Below are positions 50,901 through 63,399 of a stretch of 64,000 nt of DNA, piece by piece. The stretch's first letter is position 1. Every line of letters begins with the position of its first letter. The DNA comes from Narcine bancroftii (Eukaryota). A model generated the notes under the pieces. That model saw nothing but the letters and a program-made list of their open reading frames with translations, did no database searches and was not told where the DNA came from. The stretch spans positions 225,928,001 to 225,992,000 of the forward strand of contig NC_091472.1 of NCBI RefSeq assembly GCF_036971445.1, given 5' to 3'. A program made the position numbers and the translations under genes.

Positions 50901-52403
50901 CTTTGCCTGTCTTTATTCTTGCCTTTTTTTATACCCTTGACTCAATCTTCTTAAATATGGAAAAATAAACATCCTTGTCTAAATAAAGTCCATCTACAAA
51001 CACTTAAAAAGAATAGAGATTTAGCCTTGCCAAGCTTTATGTTTTATTATTGCACAGTCAATATACTACACCTTACGTTTTGGTTATATTATAACCGTGA
51101 AGAATGTCCAATATGGATTTCTCTGGAATCTAATACTGTTACAAAATTTTCTCTCATCTCTCTTCTTGGATCTTCACTTCCTATATCTTTAAATAAATTA
51201 ACTGATAATCCAGTGGTTAAACATACTTTGAGGATCTGGATACAATTTAGAAAACATTTTGGTTTAATGAGATTTTCTCTTTCTGGTCCTATTTTTGTCT
51301 AATTATTTCTTTAAGCCTTCCATGATTAATATAACTTTTAAAGAATGGTATAGATTTGGCATTAAATGTTTTAAAGAGTTATTTGTCAAGGGGAATCTGG
51401 CTTCCTTTGAACAACTTTCAGTTAAATACAGTCTACCAGACACTCATTTTTTTTCGTTATCTACAGATTAGAGATTTTTTTACGATCTCAATTACATATG
51501 TTTCCTAAAAGAATTAATAAGAATTTAATTGACGTAATTTTTAAATTTACAATCTTCCCATAATTGTTCAGCATCTAACACTTATGACATGTTGTTGGCA
51601 ATAAGAGAGGCTTCCTCAGATAAAATTTAAAAAGCCTGGGAACAGGACCCACAGCCTTTAAAGAAAACTTCAAATTGGTTAATACCTCTTCTTTATGTGC
51701 GCACCACTCTTGACTACAATTTAAAGTAGTCCATTTGGCTCACATGTCCAAAATCAAGCTATCTTGTTTTTATGTGGATGTATCTCCTCATTGTGATCAA
51801 TGCCACATAAGTCATATGTTCTGGACATGACAGAGTCTTGAAAAATATTGGAATGAAGTATTTCAAACTTTCTCTGCACTTTTTGAAGTTAATTTTAAAC
51901 CTAATCCCTTAACTGCTTTATTTGCTTTTGTTGGAGGGAGCGACATAACTTTAATGGCATCTGAGCTGCTTGTATTAGCTTTTATTTCTCTTATGGCTAG
52001 GCTAGCAGATGGAGGGTCATTACCCTGCTTGATCATGCTCAATGGCTATGTGACGTCATGTCACGTTTAAATTTAGAGAAGATTAGATGCTCAATTTCCG
52101 ATTTGAATTTAAATTTTCAAACACTATGGGGACCCTTTTTGAATTGCTTTCATAATCTTTGATTTGTTATGATTTGTCTCTTTGGCCAAACCGCTTCTTT
52201 CTTGGTAGTGGGTTTACATTTTCCCTTTTTATTATAAAATATTAACACAATATAATCTGTTTGATTAAAATGTGGGGTACCTTGGATGAAATTATATGAT
52301 TTAAGTGTAATGTATCTTTTTGAATTTTAACATGTATCCTTATGTAATCTGTATTTTTGGATGTGAAACTTCAATGTTAATACAAATATTGAAAAAGAAA
52401 GAA
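50901..52403 (+). mobile_element. L1-clade LINE, 5'-truncated 3' portion of a different family
   Basis: 12-bp TSD aggattaattgg (50889-50900 and 52404-52415); LP.F.FYY and SHMFW motifs; (gaaa)n tail. Confidence 0.88.
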
Positions 52404-52934
52404 AGGATTAATTGGTTAGTGATTTTGTCTATTTAACTTTACATTTTAAAGTCAGTTATGTGAGGCAATGGGTCAAGTGTTAGCTTGGAACTTGCAATCA
52501 TATACTGTATGTATCATACACTTGGATCTTGTATAGCAAAGAAGAGAGTGAATCCAGGAGAACATCTGTTGTCCAAATTGAGTCTTAAGTGGCAACTTTT
52601 GGAACAGTAGAATTTCAATTCAGTGAGGGTTAAGGGGGGAGAAGGCAGGAGAATGGGGTTAAAAAGTGTGGTGATATGGCTGTATGTACTGGCTGGCCAA
52701 CCCTCTGAGGGTCTCCCTACTTTAGCTCCTCCCTTGATCCTTCCCATGTGAACCCTGGTTGGCCATAAAGGTCGAATCCCCTCTCCTTCCCGCTCATTTT
52801 CCTAGCCTAGACCTGGACCAGCAGTCTCTTGCTTAATAAAGCCTATCGTTCCCGTCAATCTTCTGTCTGCATCATTATTGGGCTACCGATAGCGCCCAAC
52901 AATTTATTAAGCAAGATTTTAGAACTCTCCAATT

Positions 52935-53760
52935 ATGGAGAAATTGCCGCATCCCGAAAGGCTGGAAGTAGACCCCCAAATTCCGGGTGCATCAGTACTC
53001 TTCGAACAGTGGGTGAACTGTTTCAATAATTTCCTCGACGCCGCTGTGGAGGTGGTTGACTCGGATGAGAAGAAGCTCAAGATCCTTCAAGCCCGAGTCG
53101 GCCAGAAGGTCTACCTGACTAACTTAGGCTGTGCGACCTACACCAGCGCGATGGCTGAGTTGCGGCCGCTCTATAAACCCAAGGTGAACTCAGTTTACTC
53201 CCGTTACCTGCTGGCATCCTGGAAACAACAGCCTGGTGAGTCTGCCAAAGAGTTCATCCGGTCCTTGGTCACACTGGGAAAAAACTTTTGGGGGATCTCA
53301 CGGGCCCGGGGACGATATCATTGAACCAGTGTGTGGAAGAGCTGATCAGAGACGCTGGTGTGTCAGGGTTGAAGTCAGACTACATCTTGCAAAGAATCCT
53401 CGAGGAGGACCCACTCCCTCTCAAAAGGCCATCGAACTGGTCAGAACTCTGGACTCGGCCCAGCACCAGGCGGTGTCGATCGTGGACAGAAGCGAGCCAA
53501 CCATGTACGTTCCACCATGAGGGTCATCAGCCTGGGACTCAGCATTGGGCATCAGCGACCTGACCGCGGCTACAATCATACCGGCCGCATTGTCGAGGTG
53601 TAACTTCTGCGGGCAGGCTAGGCACGCGAGGCACTTCTGCCCCATGAAAGGAGTGACATGCTCGGGCTGTGGTAAGAGGGGCACTATCAAAGGGTCTGCT
53701 GGTCCCGATCGCAGCCAGTGAGCAGGGCAGCAGGCGTTCTTGAAGAGCTTCCGGCGCTGA
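52935..53760 (+). pseudogene. gag: Gypsy gag with twin zinc knuckles
   Basis: MEKLPHPERLEVDP..., homologous to 14001-14810; CNFCGQARH...CP...CSGCGKRGH. Confidence 0.85.
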
Positions 53761-53959
53761 CCGTGTGCGCGGTGATGGGACCACCATCTTACCGGCTACC
53801 GCTCCCAGCCTTGGTACCTTGACCTACTGCGCTAGTGATGTCACTTCTGGCCGCCTCGACTCCACTTCAGGCTTCTTCTTCATCCGATGCTGCGTGGTCA
53901 ACATGGGGGTTGCCATCTTGGGCGGGCCTCCCCACCGACGACAACGACGAATAAATGCC

Positions 53960-56899
53960 AGTCCTCGCTTCAGTGAAGCTAAATCAAGCCAGTCCTCACC
54001 TGATCTCGATCTCAATGATGCAGATCGAAGTGAACAGACATAAAATTAACGTCTTTTTGATAGCAGCAGTACGGAAAGCTTCATACACCCTGATGTGGTC
54101 CAGAGACTCTCCCTCCCAGTACGACCCGTGACCGGGATGGTTTCAATGGCAGCCAGGGACCAACAGACAAGTATTCAGGGGTTCTGTGTAGCGTCGCTGA
54201 TGGTGGGGGGTGGGGGGAGAAATGTTATAATTACTTTGTTTTACTAGTCATGCCCTGCCTCTCCTAGCCCTTGATTTTCAGAATCAGTTTAGGAGCGTGA
54301 AGATGGCGTTCGAAAGCTTCCAACCATCATTGACCGTTTGCAGCCCTCGGTGTTTGGGTGACCATACCGACCAAATGGCCAGCCATTGTTACCATCCTGT
54401 GGCTCCAACACCCAATCCCCAGCACCATCTAGCGGTATGGGCACTTGGTCCTCGGCATTGTCCAGCGGTTCCGGCACTCAGTCCCTGGCTACAACCTGCT
54501 GCCTCACCACTTTAAGGGTGACCCCTCCGTCACGGATTGCAAACCTATCGCCACCAAGAGTCGGCGCTACAGTTCGGAGGATATGCAATTTATCCAGGCT
54601 GAGATTCAGCGATTCCTGGCGGAGGGGATCATAGCCCCTAGCACCAGTCCCTGGAGAGCACAGGTCCTCATGGTCAGAGGGGCAGACAAGCCCCGGTTGG
54701 TAATTGACTATAGTCAAACCATCGACCACTTCACTCAGCTGGATGCGTACCCGCTCCCACGTATAGCCGACTTGGTCAATAAGGTCGCCAAATATAGAAT
54801 TTGTTTGACCATTGACCTCAAGTTGGCTCACCAACTTCCTCTCTGTCCGAGCAATCGAATCTATACTGGATTCTAAGCCGACGGGAAACTTTTCCACTTC
54901 CTGCGGGTACCCTTCGGCATTACTAACGGTGTTTCTGCTTTCCAGAGAGTAATGGACTGGATGGTGGAGGAACACGGGCTGACACCAATGTTCCCCTACC
55001 TCGACAATGTCATCATCTGAGGCTATGATCAGCAGGACCACGACACAAACCTCGCCAAGTTCTTGCGTATGGCCAAGTTACTTAACTTGATGTACAACAA
55101 GGACAAGTGCGTGTTCAACACAGAGCACCTGGCCCTTCTTGGATGCGTCATGGCACACGGTGTCATTGCTCCTGACCCTGACTGCATGCGACCACTTCTA
55201 GAACTCCCTGTCCCGAGCACACTGAAGGCACTGAAACGATGCCTAGGGCTGTTCTCATTCTATGCACAGAGGGTGCCCAACTACACTGATAATGCCCATC
55301 CTCTAATTCGGTTAACCACGTTTCTACTATTGGTGGAGGCCCAAGCTGCTTTTAATCAGATCCGTGGAGACATCGCTAAGGCCACAATGTATGCTGTGGA
55401 TGAGTCTGTCCCCTTCCAGGTGGAAAGCGATGCCTCCGACTTCGCGCTGGCCACCATATTAAACCAGGCAGGCAGGCCAGTAGCATTTTTTTCCCGTACC
55501 CTTCACGGCCCCGAACTCCAGCACTCCTCCATCAAGAAGGAGGCGCAGGCGATCGTTGAGGCAGTGTGCCACTGGCAGCACTACCTAACTGGTAAGAGAT
55601 TTACCCTGTTGACTGATCGGAGGGCAGTGGCCTTCATGTTCAGTGCCAAACAACAGGGTAAAATCAAGAACGACAAGATTCTGAGGTGGAGGATTGAGTT
55701 ATCCACCTACAATATTATGACATCTTATACCGGCCAGGTAAGCTCAATGATCCCCTGGATGCCCTATCCCAAGTGAAGTGCGCCAGTGCACATCTCGACC
55801 ATCTCCAGGTCCTGCACAACAGTCTGTGCCACCCCGGAGTCACAAGGGTCTATCATGTCATTAGGTCAAGGAACCTCCCCTACTCCGTCAAGGATGTCCG
55901 GTCCACAACCAGACGCTGCCAAATCTGCGCTGAGTGTAAGCCTCAGTTCTACCGGCCAGACAAGGCACACCTCATCAAAGCCACCCGCCCTTTCGAACGA
56001 CTCAGTCAATTTCAAGGGCCCCCTCCATACCACAAATAGGAATGCCTACTTCCTGATGGTGGTGGACGAATTTTCCGGATTCCCCTTTGCAATTCCTTGC
56101 CCAGATATGACCTCAACCATGGTCATCAAGGCCCCGAGCAGTATCTTCACTCTGTTCAGGTACCCCGACTATATTCATAGTGACTGGGGGACCTCGTTCA
56201 TGAGTGAGGAGCTGCGTCAGCACTTCCTGACCAGAGGCATAGCCACCAGCAGGACCACCAGCTATAACCCTAGAGGTAATGGCCAGGTGGAAAGGGAGAA
56301 CGGCACCATCTGGAAGGCAGTGCTCCTGGCCTTCAGGTCCAAAAATTTACCAGTGTCCTGCTGGCAGGACATTTTGCCAGAAGCCCTCCAAGCTACCCGG
56401 TCATTACTCTGTACTGCAACTAACACCACCCTGCATGAATGCCTCTTTGCTTTCCCTAGGAGGCTGGCGAATGGTTCTTCCATCCCTCCCTGGCTGACAT
56501 CCCTAGGGCTGGTTCTCCTTCGGAAGCACGTCAGAGGCCATAAGACGGATCCACCTCATTCATACCAGCCCCCAGTATGCATTTGTGAGGTATCCAGACG
56601 GCCATGAGGACACAGTGCCCTTACGAGACCTGTCAAGGGCCGAAGACCCCGAGACTGCCTTGCCGGCTTCTGTCCACGCCGCGGTCCCGATGGTGCCACA
56701 CCCAAGCACAGCATGGGAGTCCTACCCCTCCTGCAGCTGCGGAGGACCCCTCCCAGCACTTAAGGAGTCCACCGCCAGCACCCCAACCCCCACAGTTCTG
56801 GCAGCGGACACTCCCCCGTCGGCCCCCTCTTTGGAGGAACGCCGTACTGCAATGCCGGTTCCCTGGCAATCCGGCAGACAGAGGAGGCCGCCTGTGTAA
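53960..56899 (+). pseudogene. pol: Gypsy pol, frameshifted
   Basis: PR, RT, RH and IN motifs in ORF fragments 54445-54876, 55063-55776 and 55773-56607. Confidence 0.92.
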
Positions 56900-57467
56900 C
56901 CACACAACTTCACACAAACAGCACATGATCATGTCCCATTCCAAATATCCTGCAAGGCCTCCAATCACTGGCAACTGAACCAAAAGGCCATATAGACATA
57001 TGGTGAGAGGAGTAAGAGTGTGGTTAGGTTAGCACTGAGGGGAGATCTTCATTCACTCTGTCTGTAGAAGAGCAAGTCGCAGAGTATCATCACCCTTTTC
57101 AAAGCAACGCTGTCATCTGGAGTTCACATTAGTACAAAGCTGCTGTCATTTTACAGTCTCAGTAAGCCTGTTGTCTTTCGACCATGGCTACATAGAAGGA
57201 AGTGGGATGCGCATCCTCCACCAATTACACACAAGTCAGCATTAGGTTTGGCAAGAATATTTCTACTGAAGCAAGAGAAATTCATGTCTTTTACTTTTCA
57301 GTGTTACACATACTGTCTGCCATATGTGGGAGGTTCCCGGTGGGTGGGGGGGGGGGGAGAGATGGAAATGCAGAGCGAGAGCATGCAATCTTCATGTGTA
57401 CTGCACTGGAGGTCAGAATTGAACCCAGGCCTCCAGAGCACCAAGGGAGCAGCTCCATGAGCTGCGG

Positions 57468-57690
57468 AATTTAAACTTAAATTTAGACGTACAGCATGAT
57501 AACAGGCCCTTCCAGCCCACAAGCTCGTGCCCCCTAAATCCCCACATGTTTTTGAAGGATGTGAGGAAACCAGAGCACCCGGAGAAAACCCAAGCAGACA
57601 CGAGGAAAGCATATAAACTCCTTACAGACAGCACAAGTTTCGAACCTGGATCACTGGCGACGTAATATCTTTGAGCTAACCGTGCCGCCC
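57468..57690 (-). mobile_element. tRNA-derived V-SINE
   Basis: Reverse V-domain and aatttaaa tail. Confidence 0.85.
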
Positions 57691-58164
57691 TTGTGATTGC
57701 AGTCACTCTATTGACAATGTAAGGTTCTAGGCCCATTTATGGTCATGTCCACAAGTACACAAAATTTGTTTATTTTTCTTTGTTCCAGGAGATTTTGATT
57801 ATTTTCCAACACATTTAATAATTTTGAATTGTAAGTGTTTAATATGTAATAGGTTTTGAAGGTTTCTGAATATGCAACAACATCGACAAAACAAGAGCAT
57901 GGATGGAGGCAAAAGCTGGGCCCTTGACTGACTCACCTTTGAGTCATGGAGCACTACAGCACAGAAACAGGCCCTTCAGCCTATCATGTTCATTCTGACT
58001 TTTTGTCCCAGTTCCATTCCTGTTGTTCCTCAATGTCCTTTCCCTGCTCTTTGGCTATTCTGCACTCTCATCAAAAGTCAGATGCAATGTTGCTCGAATT
58101 CTCTCCCTTGACAGTCTGCACCAGATGTGGGGTGGGGTAGGGGAGGAAGGCAGGGGTTGGGGGA

Positions 58165-58480
58165 GGGTGCAGCTAGTAGAGCCACTGTTTCCTAGTGGCA
58201 GAGAACCAGGTTCAATCTGACCTCCAGCTCTGTCTGTGTGGAGTTTGTATGACTATGTAGAATTTCCTTCCTCCCCCAAAGTGTGCCAGTTTCTTCCCTC
58301 AGCATAAAGGCATTTGGGCATGAGGCTAATTGGCCATTGTAAGTTTCCCCAAGTGTGTAGGCAAGTGGTGGAACCTGGGAGGAGTGGATGAGAATAAATA
58401 GTGAATTAATGTAGGATGTTGGTGGTCAGTGCATACTTGATGGGCTGAAAAGCCTATCTCTTTATACCTTCTGTTACAAG
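58165..58480 (+). mobile_element. Older V-SINE
   Basis: ccaggttcaatctgacctcc...gtgtggagtttgtatg...ggctaattggccattgtaa. Confidence 0.65.
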
Positions 58481-58879
58481 TTAAAAGATTGAACCTGTTA
58501 TCCCATCCCTTTAACCTGATGTCTCTTCTGGTTCCCAACAAAATTTTTACAACAATCTGATAGCAGAAACCAAACATCATGTGTGATTCATGGCCCCAGT
58601 AAACTCACTAATATTTCTATGTGTCTGGTATGACCACCAGTCCTAACAACACCCTTGTCTTTTCATGGGCAGTCACGTTGCTGTGCTTCCGCATGATCCT
58701 GGACAATGGAGAAAGATGGGACTGGTCCACAACTTAATGTCCTAAACTGGGGCAAGGCTAATTTTGATGGCACTACACTGGAACCTGAACCTGCAAATGT
58801 GGACTGGAAGAGGCTGTTAGCAGAGAAGTGGAGGCATGGCGTGCGAGGTTTCTGAAATAGAGAGTACAGGGCCAAATAA

Positions 58880-59195
58880 GGGGGGCACGGTTGGCATATT
58901 GGTTAGCACAATGCCTTTCCAGCACCAGCGATCGGGATCGGCCTGGGGTTCTAATCCCGTGCTGTTTGTAAGGAGTTTGTACGTTCTCTCTGTTCACCCC
59001 ATGTCTGCGTAGGTTTTCTCTGGGGGCTTAGATTTCCTCCCTCTGTTCAAAATATACTTGGGGGGGTGGGGTGGTGGTGGTGTAGGTTAATGGGTTGTAA
59101 AATTGGGTGACATGGACTCTTGGGCCAAAATAGCCTTTTTTCATGCTGTATGTCTAAATTGAAATTTTAAAATGTTAAATTTAAATTTAAAATTT
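58880..59195 (+). mobile_element. tRNA-derived V-SINE
   Basis: Complete head, V-domain and aaattt tail. Confidence 0.85.
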
Positions 59196-59734
59196 AACAT
59201 GTTCCTGTCAGAGTGAAGGGGAAAACAGACAGATTAGTGGACCCTCACTGACATTGAATTCGGGCATTCTGGTTAGGACAAAGTAGGATCCACTTTGTCA
59301 GATATAAGCAGGATTAAGCAGGTGAATCTCCTGAGGAGTTGAAAGGATATAGAAGCCACAGGAGGGCAAAAAGATGGAAAGCACAGAGTGCGAAAGGAGC
59401 TCAGCAGGTCAGGCAGCATCCATAGGAGGTAAAGATGTTTTTGGCCTGAGCCCTTAGTCAAGGTCTGAGTGAAAATCAGGCAGGTGCTTGAATAAAAAGG
59501 CTGGGGGAGGAGGGAAGAAAGGGCAGCGGGAGAAGCAACAGGCCAAAGGCGATAATTAGACATGGATAGGACATGAGGTAGCTTTGTTAGATAAGATAGA
59601 GGAGAATACTAAGAGATTCTCTGTATGTTGAGCAAAATGATAACATCGGAAAGAATAGGTAGTTACCTATGTGTGATGGGAGATGGGCACTCCTCATCTG
59701 CATTAGCTATGAGGAAGATTGGCTTATTTGTTTT

Positions 59735-59977
59735 TAATTTTTTTTAAATTTAGGCATACAGCACTTTAACAGTCCAATTTGGCCCTACAAGTCCGTGCCA
59801 CCCAATTACACCCCATTAACCTACACGCCTGGTACAATTTGAAGGCTGGGAGGAAACTGGAGCCCCTAGAGAAAACCCACACAGACACGGGGAGAACGTA
59901 CAAACTCCTTACAGACAGCATGGGATTTGAAAACAGGTCTGGTCCCAATTGCTGGCGCTATTCCAACCGTGCTGCCA
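59735..59977 (-). mobile_element. tRNA-derived V-SINE
   Basis: Reverse complement of the family consensus seen at 58880. Confidence 0.85.
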
Positions 59978-60780
59978 AAAAATGATGCCATGTTGCAAAG
60001 TACCCAGTACAGTGAGGAGGGTTCTGTGTACAGACTGCAGGTTATCTCTGACATTCATGTGGTCGTATAAAGAACACAATTTACAGAGCATAGGATTGCA
60101 ATGAAAAGGAAGATCAAGCTAGGACTTCATGATAGTGCTGTTGTGTGGCTCATTCAGGAGCCTGACAGTTACTGGGTAGAAACTGTCTTTAAGCCTGTTA
60201 GTGCTTGGTTTTACACTCTATAGCCTCTCTGCTGAAAGAAGGGAGAAGGGAGGGTGTTCAGGGCCAATCAGTATATTGGCTACCTTTCCTAGGCAGCAGG
60301 ATATTGTTGATGGGAGTCCATTGGGAGAGGTGGGAAGTTGCTTTATATCTGAATTGCATTTACTACTATCTGTAGCTTCTGATCTTGAGCAGAGCAGCTC
60401 CTGAACCACACTGTAATGTATGCAGTGAGTAGGCTCTTGATTGTGTCGAAGTTGTTGAGGGACAAGGACGTTTCTTAACTGTTGTGTCAACTTGTTTGTT
60501 CTAGATCAGGTAATTGGAGATACTTATTCCTCAGAACTTGAAGCTATCTACTTTTCACAGAATGGTCATGGAAGCAATTCAGGTTAGAGAATAGCATTTG
60601 TCATGAAACATATCCACATAACAAAAGAGGAGATGCTGCCGGTGTTAAAGTAAAGATGGTTGAATCCCCTGCACCTGACCAAATGTATCTGAGGTCATAG
60701 TAGAAAGCAAGGAAAGCAATTTTGGAGCCTAGCAGGGATATTTCTACAATTGTTAGCCACAGATGAGGTATTATAAGACT

Positions 60781-61322
60781 TAGAACATATGAACATAAGA
60801 AATAGGAGCAGGAGTAGGCCATCCGGCCCATTAAGCCTGCTCTGCCATTCATGGCTAATCTGATCATTGACTCAACTCCACCAACCTGCCTTTTCCCCAT
60901 ACCCTTTAATTCCTTTTTTATGTAAAAATCTAACTGAACTTTAAATATGTTTAATAAAGTAGCCTTAACCTGGGCAGAGAATTCCACAGATTCACCACTC
61001 TCTGGGAAAAACAGTTTTTCCTCATCTCCATCTTAAATCTACTCCCTTGAGTCTTGAGGCTGTCTCCTTTAGTTCTGGTCTCACCTACCAGGGAAAACAA
61101 TTTTCCTGCCTCTTTCTTATCTATCCCTTTCATAATTTTATGTTTCTATAAGATCGCCTCTCAATCTTCTGAATTTGAGTGAGTATAATCCCAGATGATT
61201 TAGTCTCTCCTCGTAGGACAACCCCCTCATCTCCAGGATCAACCTGATGAACCTCCTCTGGGCTGCCTCCAAGGGCAGAATATCCTTCCTCAAGTAAGGA
61301 CACCAGAAATGCACACAGTATT
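60781..61322 (-). mobile_element. CR1 LINE 3' fragment
   Basis: MKGIDK..LFSLVGETRTKG..RKNCFSQRVVNLWNSLP; gaacataagaaataggagcagg tail; flanking taagact repeats. Confidence 0.85.
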
Positions 61323-61784
61323 TAAGACTGCAAGCTCAAGACAGACAATCACAAGCCAGTGAACCAAACATCAGTGGTGGGAATGTTACTGGAGGGGATC
61401 AGGAGACAGGATCTTTATGCACTTGGAAAAACAATGACTAATTATGGAAAGTCAGCATAGCATTGTGTATGGGAAATTGTCTCACAAACTCGGTAGAGTT
61501 TTTTGGAAGAGGTGATCAAAAGGATTGGAGAGCTCAGGTAGATGATGTCCAAATTGTCTTTAGTAAGTCCATTGACAAGGTTTCATAGGGTAGGCTGGTC
61601 CAGAAGGTTAGATCACATGGGACGCATGCTGACTAGCCAACTGGATACAAAATTGGCAAGGTGGCAGAAATCAGAGGGTGGTAATGGAGGGTTACTTATC
61701 AGATTGGAAATCTGTAACCAGTGGTGTACTGCAGGGATTTGAGCACAGCTGACAGATGTTTGTTTCATATATATATATATGATA

Positions 61785-63047
61785 TTATCCAACTGCACAA
61801 AAACCAACAAGGTCGGGTTAGATACAGCAATGAGCTCTCTGAACCCTTCTCCATTAACAATGGCGTGAAGCAAGGCTGTGTTCTCGCACCAACCCTCTTT
61901 TCAATCTTCTTCAGCATGATGCTGAACCAAGCCATGAAAGACCCCAACAATGAAGACGCTGTTTACATCCGGTACCGCACGGATGGCAGTCTCTTCAATC
62001 TGAGGCGCCTGCAAGCTCACACCAAGACACAAGAGAAACTTGTCCGTGAACTACTCTTTGCAGATGATGCCGCTTTAGTTGCCCATTCAGAGCCAGCTCT
62101 TCAGCGCTTGACATCCTGCTTTGCGGAAACTGCCAAAATGTTTGGCCTGGAAGTCAGCCTGAAGAAAACTGAGGTCCTCCATCAGCCAGCTCCCCACCAT
62201 GACTACCAGCCCCCCCACATCTCCATCGAGCACACAAAACTCAAAACGGTCAACCAGTTTACCTATCTCGGCTGCACCATTTCATCAGATGCAAGGATCG
62301 ACAATGAGATAGACAACAGACTCGCCAAGGCAAATAGCGCCTTTGGAAGACTACACAAAAGAGTCTGGAAAAACAACCAACTGAAAAACCTCACAAAGAT
62401 AAGCGTATACAGAGCCGTTGTCATACCCACACTCCTGTTCGGCTCCGAATCATGGGTCCTCTACCGGCACCACCTACGGCTCCTAGAACGCTTCCACCAG
62501 CGTTGTCTCCGCTCCATCCTCAACATCCATTGGAGCGCTCACACCCCTAACGTCGAGGTACTCGAGATGGCAGAGGTCGACAGCATCGAGTCCACGCTGC
62601 TGAAGATCCAGCTGCGCTGGATGGGTCACGTCTCCAGAATGGAGGACCATCGCCTTCCCAAGATCGTATTATATGGCGAGCTCTCCACTGGCCACCGTGA
62701 CAGAGGTGCACCAAAGAAAAGGTACAAGGACTGCCTAAAGAAATCTCTTGGTGCCTGCCACATTGACCACCGCCAGTGGGCTGATAACGCCTCAAACCGT
62801 GCATCTTGGCGCTTCACAGTTTGGCGGGCAGCAACCTCCTTTGAAGAAGACCGCAGAGCCCACCTCACTGACAAAAGGCAAAGGAGGAAAAACCCAACAC
62901 CCAACCCCAACCAACCAATTTTCCCTTGCAACCGCTGCAATCGTGTCTGCCTGTCCCGCATCGGACTGGTCAGCCACAAACGAGCCTGCAGCTGACGTGG
63001 ACTTTTTTACCCCCTCCATAAATCTTCGTCCGCGAAGCCAAGCCAAA

Positions 63048-63050
<3 letters not shown>
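61785..63050 (+). mobile_element. RTE LINE, 5'-truncated, uninterrupted RT C-terminal frame of about 400 aa
   Basis: GVKQGCVLAPTLF, LFADD, FTYLG, C-terminal CNRC..RIGLVSH; stop at 62995; short 3' UTR; flanked by (TA)n. Confidence 0.96.

Positions 63051-63084
<34 letters not shown>
63051..63084. repeat. (TA)n microsatellite
   Basis: Seen directly after the RTE 3' end. Confidence 0.95.
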
Positions 63085-63087
<3 letters not shown>

Positions 63088-63399
63088 AGTTTGGATGATA
63101 ATGTACATGGCATAATTTGTAAATGTACAGACAACATCATAATTGGTGAAGTAGTGAACAGTGGAGAAGATTGTCTAAGGCTATGAGAGGATCCAAATCA
63201 GATGGGAAGTGGGCCAAATAATAACAGATGGAATTTAACTCAGACACGTGCTACAGTGTTGTATTTTGTGTTCAAATTCAAGTTCAACTTTATTTATCAT
63301 CTGATTGTATCAGTATAACCCAACGAACAGAGTTCTCCGATCCATGATGCAAGTTAGTGGAAACATACATACAGACATAACATACACCCATAACATACA

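Larger units (their letters stand above)
52667..56899 (+). mobile_element. Mag-like Gypsy element: 5' LTR and complete decayed gag-pol, 3' LTR missing
   Basis: LTR 52667-52901 (TG...CA, CATAAA, AATAAA); gag from 52935; PR LFDSSSTESF; RT SPWRAQV, YPLPRI, YLDN; RH; IN. Confidence 0.93.
58650..63275 (+). mobile_element. Old CR1 LINE broken into pieces by later SINE, Penelope, Rex, CR1 and RTE insertions
   Basis: Collinear CR1 ORF2 remnants at about 58700-58880, 59195-59260, 60560-60780, 61330-61770 and 63085-63275. Confidence 0.6.

Noticed and set aside
21270-59977. tRNA-like A/B boxes as tRNA genes
   Set aside because: All are heads of V-SINE copies followed by the V-domain; no cloverleaf.
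61721-61784. N-terminus of the 424-aa ORF as part of an intact RTE gene
   Set aside because: The first about 20 codons derive from flanking CR1 and (TA)n; the RTE is 5'-truncated and lacks the endonuclease and the N-terminal RT.
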